NCBI GenBank assembly: GCA_038496445.1
Contig: JALMLS010000334.1
Location: 186,001-250,000 of the forward strand
Length of the DNA: 64,000 bases
Source of the DNA: Trichosphaerium sp. ATCC 40318
Taxonomy: Eukaryota; Protista; Tubulinea
Direction of reading: 5' to 3'
The translations under genes were made by a program, and so were the position numbers. The notes beneath the pieces were generated by a model. That model was not told the DNA's origin, ran no database searches, and saw only the letters and a list, made by a program, of their open reading frames with translations. Below are positions 48,245 to 60,700 of the stretch, one piece after another. How positions within the stretch are numbered: position 1 is the stretch's first letter; each line of letters begins with the position of its first letter.

Positions 48245-48464
48245 ATCTTTAATCTCAAAAATGGGTACGCTTTCCACTGTTTTTTTCATTGAAAAATGAT
48301 TCAGTACAACTGTTTGGCCTCCAAAAACAGGTAAAAAACGGAGAGTTGATACAATAATTTTATTATTTTATTTTATATATTTTACAAAGAGTGAGTGTTA
48401 CACAAAAGCCTGTTTTTTGCTGGGGAGACTTTCAGTGAGTTGTGTTGGATGTGTTTTTTTTTTT

Positions 48465-50558
48465 TTACAGCTTATTGCTTAAAGCCTTTTGTTCTGTTCT
48501 AAAGTTCCAGTGTAGGACCTCTGATATGCTCTTGAACCAATCGCGGCTCTGACCAGACTTACTAATCCATACAAATGGATAGACACTCATGGCAATAGTG
48601 ACATGGTCGCCAGTTTTTAACTACAACACACGGTCCGTTAGTTGAAATTTTTTGCGTCAAAAAAAACAAAAAAAGAAACTCTGGGGTCGTGTGTACGCAC
48701 TTCTACGCGGTTTTTACCATCAAAAGAGCACCATGCTGTAGCACGAGCACGTGCGGGCAGTTCTATGCGAAACACTGTACAATATTGTAAATAAATTATG
48801 TCACAAACAATCAATCTCCGTACCGACTCCATCAGGCAGAATGATTGGACGAAAACTGAGGGAATGAGGACAAATTGGTGTGAATAGTACTGCTGGGACT
48901 TGAGGATGCACCATCGTTCCTCCTGCAGAAAGCGAATATGCGGTTGATCTGTTTGATCATGTAAGTAATAGCAGTGCTAGGCTGGAGGATTGCAAAGAAT
49001 GATCAAATAGCAAAACGTACCCAGTAGTTGTGGATATGATTATACCATCTCCTTGAATCGTTGTGATCTTCATGTCATCGCAATAGCAATCCAGCCCACA
49101 TAAGAAAGGAGAAGGTCTAAAAGACAAGAGTCAATATAAAAAGGATAGTAGCAGAAAAGTTGCATGGTACCCTCTGTCTATAACGACTTCATTTAAAACT
49201 GTGAATTCTAAGTCGTGTCAGACGTCTTTACAAATGATTCAAGAACTAGCTTACCTTGTACACAACCTTGCCCATTGCGGAATAATTTACAAACAAGCCG
49301 ATTTCTAAGATACAGTTAACGGGTGAGCCTAAGCGGTGGTGGCGAATAATATCCTACCTCTTTGTTGCTACATATTTACCGGCAAATACTAATAAACAAA
49401 TTGTAAGAATTTCATGTGTTTTGCAACAATATAAAAGTACCTGACGTGAGTATCTGCTTGAAATCATCGAATGGAAACGGTGTCAAAAAACCCATGGAGC
49501 CCAGGTTGAACGCCAATACAGGCTGTCAATGACGTTAGAGGTACCAAATCAAACATTTAATAGACGCACAGGTGTAGCCTCAGAAAACAAGGTGTTGATA
49601 TGAAGGACTGTACCATCGCCACCAAGCGAAATGACCAAGTCAATCGCTTTTACTGTGGCAGGTATACAGCTTTTAAAGCTTCTAATGCGCTTATCCTTCG
49701 GTAAATGTTTCAATAGCCATTCCTCAACCAAGAAGGAGGGTATTGGCGTATCCTAAGACTCGTTACATTGACATTCCAGAGTAAATCTCAGCAACCACTA
49801 AAGACGTACTTTGAGGAGCCAATCCAGTACAGCTTTTGTATCTTTGATGAGCTGTGCGTCATTATTCTTGACTACAATCAGGAGTGTCTGCAAAGGCGAT
49901 TTGAATTCAAGTTTGTTTCCTTTGCTATCTGGAGGCTGTACCTGTAATACACAGTGAGCACTATTGCACCAATTTATAACACGAGTACTTGAGCAAGTAG
50001 GTGTTTAGGAAGCGCAGGAGTTGGCGATGAGTTACGACGCTTTGCCAGTCGTGTTTGTAGCACGCCTTTAGGTACAGCAACAGAAGTTTTTTCGTTTGTT
50101 GAAGGTTTTGCACTGTTTTCAGATTTCTGATTGTTTGGTGCTCCATGTACTTTTTGTAAACACACTACGAATCCTCTTTGTGCAGCTGGAGCTAGTGACA
50201 TGTTAGAAAATGTAAATAATTGTTGTTGTACATCTTTGGGCTTTCTTAATGAAGTTTGTATATGCCAAAGCGACGTTGGCTACCCCAGGCCACACAGATT
50301 TATCTTGATTTACAAACTCATAGTCATTTGCCTAGGGAGCAGTTACGACGCGTGAATACGTTATAATAAGCACATACCACAAGGTTAAAGTGCTTTGCGC
50401 AGTCAATCAGTAGGTCACCAAACGTATAGCCGGCAGTAATAATAAACGCATGTGTGGTGCCTTCAAACTCAACGAGCACCTTATCATCTATTTGCGTAAG
50501 CGTTATTACGTATTTTAAAGGGAACACGTTTCATACCGACACTTGCACCATTTCCCAT
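48465..50558 (-). CDS. NADK: NAD kinase with an N-terminal myristoylation-type signal and a small extra domain
   Basis: [73 protein letters not shown]; the upstream exons splice in frame from MGNGAS. Confidence 0.92.
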
Positions 50559-50754
50559 ATTTACTTTACCCAGAGCGTTGTTGGTGGCCGTTACGCAGTA
50601 TTATAGTCAAAACAAATCGCCGTCACAGTTTTGTGAATATGTAGCACAGATGTTACTTTCTGCGCTAGCAACAACTAGCAACTCAATACTCGATGACCCG
50701 TACACGTCTATAAGGATCAAAGATTCGTTTAATGAGAGTTTGGTTTTTTTTTTT

Positions 50755-52399
50755 TTACAGAGGGTTTGCTGGAAGTATTGTACCACGAGCTTCTCCAAAA
50801 CCAATACGGTATCCGTCGCCTTGACAAAAGCCAGTAATGATGATTGTGTCTCCGTCTTCAATAAACGTTCTTGTTTCCCCATTTGGTAGGCTGATTGGTT
50901 TCTTTCCAGCCCAACTTAGCTCCTAGTAATTTTTCCGATGAGTACTGCGAGTACAAAAATATTTCCAAAAAAAAAAGTGTGTTTTCGTACAAGAATGGAT
51001 CCCATTTCAGCGTCGGTAGGTCCAGACAATGTGCCTGTACCATACATATCGCCAGGTCTTAAGTTACAACCAGTCTCGGTATGGTGTGCCATCATTTGAT
51101 TCCAACTCCAGTAAACGTACTTGCCGTTTGTCTTGGACAATTCATGAGGCTAAAAAAAAATCGTTAGTTATTTTTGATGCTGTGGTGGTTAACTACAATA
51201 CCTTATCCATTTTTGCAGTTTGAATAGCCAAGGCAATGTTAATGTCGTAGTGTGCTTTCACTTTTTCAGCCAAGTAAGGGAAAGGAGCTGGGTCTTGAAC
51301 CTCTCCTTGGACTAAGAAAGGTTGAAGCGCATCTAGGGTGATAATCCATGGTGATACAGTTGTGCCCAAATTTTTTCCATTGAAAGGACCAAGAGGAACG
51401 TATTCCTGATGAGAAATGATTTAGAAATTTTTTTGATTTTTTTTTTTTTTGCGTGACACGTTACACGTGTGTATACGTACCCACACTTGAATGTCTCTTG
51501 CAGACCAATCGTTCATGAGTCCAACACCAAAGATTTTGTTTGGTGCATCCTCCACTTTGACAGGATCACCCAACTCGTTACCGGTACCAACGTAAATGGC
51601 CATTTCAATTTCGTAGTCCATTCTTGCACATAATCCGTATTTTGGCTTTGGTTCAGTTCTAGCTTTGATCTGACCACGCGGGCGCTTTAGGTCGGTGCCA
51701 GATACAACTACTGACGAAGCACGGCCGTGGTAACCAACTGGCATCCATTTCCTGGAGAGATATTTTAGTTAAACAAACAAAACAGGTAAAATACGAACCA
51801 ATTTGGTTTTAGCGCTGCTTCGTTTGGTCTGAACATTTTTCCCATGTTCGTGGCATGACCAATTGAGGCATAGAAGTCTGTGTAATCTCCAATGCGACAT
51901 GGGACCAAATATGCTGCGTCAGCGGCGTTTAGAAATACTTTGCCTTGCAATTCTTTGTTTTCGCTATTCAAAAAATTTAATACAAAGTTTTTGGCGTTAT
52001 TTCTGTACCGTAAGTCTGCTTTACCGCCAGTTGCGAATAGAGCAGTTAATTGGGACCGGCACTGCGTCCACGCTTCGCGTCCCATAGCCATAAAGTCATT
52101 TAGGTACGGTTTAGCGAAACAGTCAGTTTGGACCGACAAAAGCAATCCAGCGGCTTGTAGGCCCTATTATATTTGTAATGTGAGCGAACATGTTTAAAAC
52201 GAATAACATACCGCCAAGTCAACAACATAGTCGCCAATCCTTGTCACACATACAGCTTGCTTAGCATCACAGCCCTACATAGTGTTTAACGGCGTAAACT
52301 TTCGAAAGTGGTAAATTAACGTACCTTCTTGTACGCAACGGCGTATGGCAAATTTTGGACAGGAAATTCAGTTTCTGCGGTGTATTGTACCCAAGACAT
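50755..52399 (-). CDS. FAH: Fumarylacetoacetase
   Basis: [98 protein letters not shown]. Confidence 0.96.
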
Positions 52400-52637
52400 G
52401 TTGATCACAAACTGAAAACTGGTGTTGACTAGGCCCAAAAGCAATGTGAGAAAACTTTTGTGAGCAAACAAGTTTAAAAGGCTGGTTGAGTAGTTTATTG
52501 AGATACGGGAACATAGATTACATTTAGATGAGGCACGGCAAATTAGGATTTGACTGATGAGTACATCCTAAAATGGTTTCGTTATAATTCTCACGTCACC
52601 TATCCATACGCACCTCAAGCACTTATCTTCAACCAAC

Positions 52638-53799
52638 ATGTCTTGCGAACGGAACCCAGTTACCGATGCCATTGTCGAGGCATTCCCAGTTGTGCTTTGT
52701 GACGAGCGCAGTTGCAACTCAAGCGATCTAGAAGGCTTTGAAAGCACAAAAGAACCCGGATCGTCTTTGAGCGACACCAACACAACTCAGGGCGTTGAGC
52801 AAGAGGAAGACTCTAAACAACGCCACCCAATGCTCACGCGTAGACGTGCAAAAAACTTGTGCAGTATCACCGAAGGTAAGAATTCTAAAAACGTTTTTAA
52901 ATGCTCATTGCTCTTAGCCGAAAAGCTGAATTCGCAATCAGAAAGTGAAAAATTGCGTGCTGTTGTTTCAATCCTTGCCAAGGTTTTAGAACGTGTAATT
53001 TGTGATAAGCAAGAAAAAGCTCCTGCAGAAGTTGAATCGGATACAACTTACACTCAACCGTTAAAGAAGCGACGAAGAAGTTCACGAACTTGCAAAGCTG
53101 CCAAGAAGGTGAAGAGGGACCCAGTACGGAGAAATTCTCATTTGTTGATGCCTAATTGACCTGCCGTAGAGGAAGCAAACCAAAAGCAAAGTCAAGAGAA
53201 TAAACTCGAAGCAAGAACAGAAATCGGAGCCTAGGAAATTGAGAAGGAGAAGACGCAAACCTCAAAATTCGTTTCCTGGTGCCTGTGATCGTCTACACTA
53301 TAGCGAAGGATACGCTCCTAAGAAACGACGTATGGTTGAAAGGTCTCCAGGTCCGAATACTGCTTGTGGTCCATCTTACTAACGTCGCCATAGCAAGCAG
53401 ATTTTCGCGGCCTGTTGGGCCTATTGACGGAAACTTCCAGAGCAACGACCATACCCATAGCCAGTACTCGCAAGCGAGCGATTGGCACCAGGCAGGACTA
53501 GAACAGTATTTTTGCTTTAGTACCGAAACTCACACAACCGAGTATGATTCGTACGCCAATGGTTGCATAACCAAGCGACTAACCTCTTTACTAGTTACTG
53601 GAACGGCGCCTTGCCACACCAAGATGTGGATGCGAGTGTGCCATACGCGGCTTATCAGCCTGCGGATCCGTGCGTGCAAAACTCGTTCTACGAGCCTTAT
53701 CGCATAGAACACGCAACACACCAAACAAGGGCTTACACATTGTGCCACGGACAACCGCATTATGAGCATCCCTTTAATCTCGATTGTGCAGAGCACTAG
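52638..53799 (+). CDS. Hypothetical, probably nuclear protein (basic NLS-like clusters)
   Basis: Exons join in frame across GT-AG introns to the stop at 53799; PLKKRRR and RKLRRRRRK clusters; Y/P/Q/H-rich C-terminus. Confidence 0.55.
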
Positions 53800-54772
53800 T
53801 GAGATAAAAAAAAGCACACGACACACCAGTAACATAGTAAATTGAATAGTTCGAACACAAACAGTGTCAAGTTTTTTTTTTCTTTGTTGTTTATTTTTAA
53901 AAGGCAGCGAGTTCACACCTCAACCAACGGCCACAGAGGTTTTCTTACATAGAAAGTGCGTGTGTATGAGGGCAAGGCTTGCACCTTTAATTGTATCAAT
54001 TCCTCACGCCCGCAACTACCTCTGTGCTACGACACAGCCAAAACAAGGCTAGAAGCCAATTAGGGTTAAGGAACTGCAACGCTGCTGCTGGAGAGGATCA
54101 AGTACTCAAAAAGGGCGCGCAACAAGAGTATGGGTGCTAGTTTATTGAAAACGAGCTGTAAAACTTCAAGAGACACCGCAAACAAATGCAGAAACAAATG
54201 TAGCAATGCTGGAGATATTAGGGTTACAATCTAATACACTCACTGCGCACCCCTTAAAACTGCAAAAAAAAACCATCAAATGAAATAGGGCGACTTTGTT
54301 TGGCACTTTTTTTTTTAACCCTCCTCGCTCGGAAATATTTCGATACGCCAATCAAGTCGTTTACAACGTGACACTTTAGTCACAAAGACAAAGCTTTTTG
54401 ACTATAATTTGACTGTCATTGGGTAAAAATCAGAAGCATTTATAACAACGACGAAGGATCTCTTGAGGTTTGTAGTGACGCTAGCGAATTTATTTGTAAT
54501 GTTTTTTTTTTGGTTTGCTTCAAACAAAGCAAGTTTGCTCTTTAAATTCTTTTATCGTTTTACGATCGCTGGTACCTTCCAGTAAGCAATACCGTTACTG
54601 TAATAGATTTAATATACAGTGCAGTTCACACGCAAGGAGTACGGGATCTTAAATTTAGTCAAATGACATGGCCAAGCCTCGGTTCCTCAAAACTCAAAAC
54701 GATTCACGTGCGTATTATTATTTTTTTTTCTTTTGATTTAGCCGCTAACAGTTTAATAAAAAAGTACCATCA

Positions 54773-57700
54773 ATGAATGACGTACAATCACAGTACGCTG
54801 GTAAACGATACGATGCGGTTTCCAGCGCCGTCACCGCCATAATAGACGTAAGTTTTGTCGATTTGGACATAGCGCCCTACTCGGTTAAAGAAGGTCTTAA
54901 ATTTTTTTTTAAAGGGAACAACAGCCCCGTCACCTGAAGCGTATATGTACCGTGGAAAAGTGCACTTCCAAAAAAAACATTACAAACAAGCTATAAACGA
55001 TTTTGAAGTACGGGGTTTTTAAAATAGTGTGCTCACTGAAACTGCTCACTTTATCAAACAGCTCTTTCTTGGGCAATCAGGTGTCAAGTCTAAAGATGTT
55101 GTGGGTGATGCGCATGTACACATAGGCATGAGTAAAGGCTTCTTAGGGAATCACACATGTGCGTGGAGATAGTTAACCCGATTCATTGCCTTTTTTTTTT
55201 AATTTTATACAAACCAACCTGAGTGTATTTCTAGCCGCTGTGGACAGCATCACCAAAGGATTCGTAGCAAACAGCAAGACTGTCTCAAAAGGGTTATTAC
55301 ATCGCGCGAGAAACTACGAATTAATGGGTAAATATCGAGAAGCTCTAGCAGATGTCAACAAGGTAACCTTTTAAATGGTTAAAACAGTACCTGCTTTTTA
55401 ATCTGTTTTTTTTTTTTTTTTTTTGATTTGGGCGCTACAAAAATACAAACACGTGATTTTGGTTAATTTTATACCGTTTGGTCGGTATAAATAAAACAAC
55501 GGATTATAAAAAATCAATAATGCGTTGTGCTAGGTGCTGGACACTACAAGCTCCGGTCAATCTCTTGGCCAAGCTCTTGCTCAACGCGGTAATATTTATC
55601 GCCACTCTGGAAAATATAATAAGGCTCTGAAAGACTTGAACAAGGCTGTCAACATGGTGACGGACCCTATCGTCACTTTGTATCGTGGTATTGCGCACGC
55701 AGCTTTAAAAAACGAGGAACAAGCAAGAGTCGACATGAAAAATGCTGTACGAACCTAATGAAAGCGTGTGTTTATTCATGGTCAACTTACTCAATTAAAA
55801 AAACCAGGGAAGTGGTTTTAAAGATCAACTTCGACATGAATGGTTATACTATCAAGGGCTTGTATATTTCCATTTAGAGGAGTACTACAGAGCTAGCGAT
55901 TACTTTGAGCAAGCTATTGTGGAGTTCAAAAAAGTCAGGGATGTTTGTGGTAGTTATCTACATCCACAACTATTGGCCACACTAGGATTAACAGAGATAA
56001 AACTGGCAAAGTACGGATGATTTATTTCCTATTTGTTTGTACTAAAAGGTTGAACAGAATAAACGATGCACGGCAAAATTTAACTGCTGCATTATACTAC
56101 CTACCTTCTCATCCAGATTTTCTGTGTTGGCGTAAACAAGCCAACACATCTGGAGGTGTACGTTGCTTACTAAATTAATTTCTTTAAAATAATTATTAAC
56201 ACGTTTGTGTAATAGGAAAACCAAGTTATCAAACGATTGATGCACAATACAATAACCACTCTTGCATTGAGACCTACTTCGTTTGACGAAAGTTTATGTG
56301 AAGCAATATGCTCAAACACATCTCTGGAGCGCTTAGAAATTGCTGATGCAGAGATTAAAGACAATGCGGTACCCACGTGATCCTAGTAAAATGTACCTAT
56401 TTTCTAAATTCTAAAAAGGTTACGTACTTTGTACATGCCCTCATCAACTCGAGAGTATCTTCGTTGCGTATAGAGCACTGCACATTCTCACAAAATAATC
56501 TAATTAAACTTGTTGGTGCGCTAGCAGAAACACGTACCGTTACAACCTTGGAATTCACCAAAAACGTGCTTGGTACGCAAGATAACTCAAAATTACAAGT
56601 TCATCTTTCTTTTATCGTAAATTCACACAAAACGGTTTAATAATAACCGCATCTTTCAGGTATGAAAGATATAGAAATAATAGTGTCGGCATTAGCTTCG
56701 AACACAAGTATAACGAACCTGTCCCTTTGTGAAAATAATTTGGGTGATGCTGGCGTTAAACTGCTAGCAACGATATGCCTACGAAATAACACAAGGCTAC
56801 AACGATTGAATTTACAACACAATCATATTCTAGACCCTAGACACGTGCTCATGGAAGGTAGACTTTTTTCTTTAAAACGATTTTGTGTTTTTTTTTGAGT
56901 TTTTAACCATATTCCCTAACCATTCCCCAAGGCAAATCTCTCTTTGATATTGATTTTAGCAATAACAGGATTGGTGGTACAAGTGGTACTGACTCTGATC
57001 GCATCGAAATGACGATTCCTACGCTAATGAGTGCTGTACGTTTTCAGTTTTTTATTCCTTTTCTGGTTTTTTTACAGAGGCGTTGGTATTAAAGTTCTGA
57101 ATGCAGGTTGGTAATCATCCGCGTCTTGTTATGTTGAATCTTGCTCATAACAATTTTGAATCTCGTCACGCGTCTTATATTGCTACAATGATACGTGCTG
57201 ATAGGCTCACTTCCTTGGGTACCCAACCTCTTTTATTCCCTCAGCTTGTTTTCTTAATTCCAATAAACAGACATGAGCGGCAACAAGTTAGGCTTGAAGG
57301 GCATAGAGTTGCTAAAAACTGCGCTATCAAATGCAAGAAAATTACAGATTCTCAAGTTAGATAATAATGCGTTGGGTATTCCAGGTATGCTTTTTTTAGA
57401 GTTTTTTTGGTTTTTTTGTCTCGTCTTATTAACTCTTGTTTAGGAGCTCATGATATGATGGAAGTATTAAAGAATAACAGATCTCTAACAGCAGTATCAT
57501 TATCTAAAAACAACTTTGAAAGCAAGGGGATGCTCAATATTGCACTGGTACAACACCAATCATATTTGTATTGTTTGGAACCTTACAAATATCAAAGGCT
57601 TTAAAATGCAATACAACTCTTACTGAGATTAACCTTGACAAAAACATTTGCGGTGAAGAAGGCGCAAAAGCACTTGCAGAGGCGCTAAAACATAATACAT

Positions 57701-60700
57701 CGCTCAGAGTTCTATCCATTAAGTCCAACGCGATGAATAGAGGTCTCGCTCAAATTGCTGAGTTAATAGGTATTGATTGGCATCTTCTTGGCTCGTTCCT
57801 GTGTCTTATCCCAATTAGGCATGAACAGGTACTTGACGCACGTGGAACTATCCGATAATTTGATTGAGTCACGTGAGATGAAAGCTCTTGCACAGGCACT
57901 TTCCTATAACTTATCTCTTCAGTATTTGAACGTTGGTCGCATAACAGGTTGATTATTCTACCGGTCTTGACATGTGTTTCTAACTTGCCATTAAAGGGAA
58001 AGCAGTAATGATTATGAAGAAAGCCATAGAGAGTAATTATTGCATAGAACGTGTTGATCCTATTGTATATTATCGATCCAATAGAATATACCACGATAAC
58101 AAAACCAAGTTGAACCTAAGGTGCGTTTCTTTGTTTTAAGACTATTATTACCTTTCCTTTCCTGGATTGCAAATAAAAAAGAGTATATGTTGGCTGAAAT
58201 ACACCTAGCTTTGATGAACAGCGTATGGTAGAGCGCAAGCTATTTTCTCATGAACATGATTTAACACATTTGGTGCTTGTCAAGTGCGGTATCCCATCAA
58301 TACCTGCATGGTTGGAAAATTTTGAGAATTTGACTTTATTGGTTTTGAGAGGGTACTACAATATTTGTTTTTTGCCGCTTGGCTTATTAATACTTTAAAG
58401 GAACAACGTTAAACACATTTTTGATGCAGTATTCCCGCCAGCTCTTGAACATCTTGACTTAAGGTACTGTTTGTGTATCTGCCCTATAACTTATTAGCGT
58501 TCAAATAGCCACAATCAGCTTACTCGACTACCGCCTCCCTGCTTGATGCATCTGACAAAGTTGAAGCATTTGAATCTAAGTTACAATGAATTGGTTGTAA
58601 TTCCAGCAAATATTGCAGATCTCAAAGCACTCAAAGTCCTTCTACTCCGACACAACAAAATTGAGTTTTTGCCAAACCAGCTCACGAAAATGTCTCTCCT
58701 TGAAGTCTTGGACTTGAAAGAGAACACCCTATCAGCTGTTACATTATCAGGCGGACAAGGTGCAGCTGGAAAACGATACGAAGGAGCTTCAATACGAGGT
58801 CTGTATGCATTTCTTAGTCAGATTGCGACCAAAGCTGTCAAAAAGCTATTGCGTGTCAAGCTCATGTTCGTTGGTGATGGAAATGTTGGAAAGACTAGCT
58901 TGATTAACTATTTCGCAACGAATAAATTAAAGACGAACCACGAAGAATATAACACAGCAACAGATGGTATTGATATTTCTCAAGTCGAAGTAGATGGTGT
59001 CATATTTGATTGTTGGGATTTCGCAGGGTACAAATTCTCTTTTTCTTGGTAAACATAATGGTCCGTGACTAACCTTTTATCAACAGACAGACATTGTATT
59101 ATACTACACACCAATTTTTCTTGTCGTCCAAGGCCATTTACGTCGTAAGTTTTTGTTTCTCTTCAAGTTTCAAAAAGTTAACCATTCACGTGACAGGTTG
59201 TGTTTAAGTTGACGGACCCTGACTTGTCCAAGGTTGAGTACTGGCTTAAATCTATCAAATTACGTGCTGCTGCTCATGCGAGTCATAAACCAATGATAGT
59301 ACTGGTTGGCACACACGTGGATGATAAGAAATGCACAAAAAAACATGTGGACGAATACATTCGTAAGGTAAAGGCTAATTTCAAAAAGTACAACTTCCTG
59401 GATATTTTCGTTGTGAGGTTCGTATTCTTTGCATCCATTTTTTTTACGCTGACATTTGTTTAAAGCAACCACAAAACCAGAAAAAAGTCGAACATGAATC
59501 AAATTACAAATCTAAAAGCTTATATCCGAGAAGTCGCTTTTGAGAAGCGGTTAGTTGGTAAATCCATTCCAAGCAACTACTTTGAGCTCATTGAGGTACA
59601 TTCAACATTTATTGCATTCGAATTTAGGACCTATTTGTGCACGTGTTGTAACTGAACCACTTTCAAGGGAATAACTAAAATCCGAACAAACGCAAAAGCG
59701 ATTATTACAGCTCAGAATGAAAAGGAATCCCTGAGTAACGCGCCAAGTAGTTCTAATCAACCATTCATGTCAATGGCGGATTTTAAGCAAGTACTAACAG
59801 GCTATGCTATCGACGAGATGGAGGATTGCATCACCTCTCTTCATGCAATGGGATTTATAGTACATTTTATGGATGACAGAGGTACGCATTACATCTCTAA
59901 TGTACCCAAATGTCAATGACTATTCGATAGTGTTGCGTGATATCATATTTTTTGATCCTCAGTTCTTGACAAACCTCATGTCTTCTTTCGTATCCCTCAC
60001 AAACAGATTCGTTGAGGGAGTCCTCGATAGTACATCTGTCCCTATTATACTGAAGAAATACCCACAGCACCTTCACAATATATTTATAGAGCTCCTCACC
60101 AAGTTTGAAGTTACGTATCCGATGGGTGATGGCAGAATTCTTGTGCCATGCATGCTTGCTGCTGAAATACCTAAAGCTACCAAGGAGCCATTACAAATGC
60201 GCTTCATTTTGCCGCCAACGAACAAGTACGCTAACTCCCTTACTTACTTTGTGGTAACCAATTTTATAAGAAAACAATATGGTCGCATCTACAAGTTCCA
60301 ATTTCTTCCTTTTGGTTTTACTGATAGACTGATAATCCGTATTCTCAACATTCGTGGTCTTAAGCACAGGAAATTATGGAGGAATGGCATCCACGTGGTG
60401 CTTGATGATCAAGAAGGACTCCTTATTTACGATACAACACGGTATAAATTAACAGTGACAGTACACACCCCTGGACCGTAAGTGTTTACTTTGGATTCCT
60501 GATTGTACTTACCAACTTTGTGATTGTAGTACAACGCTCTTCGTTCAGTTGATGCTTGCTATTTCGTCTTTGTTGGAGGTGTTCTACCATGGTATGTCAC
60601 ACCTCGTCACCAAGAAGATTCCAACAACCTATATACTCAGTAGAAACCCGTAAGATGCTCGCTTTCTTTATTTGTTCCGATTGTTCTAATTCAGCCTAGA

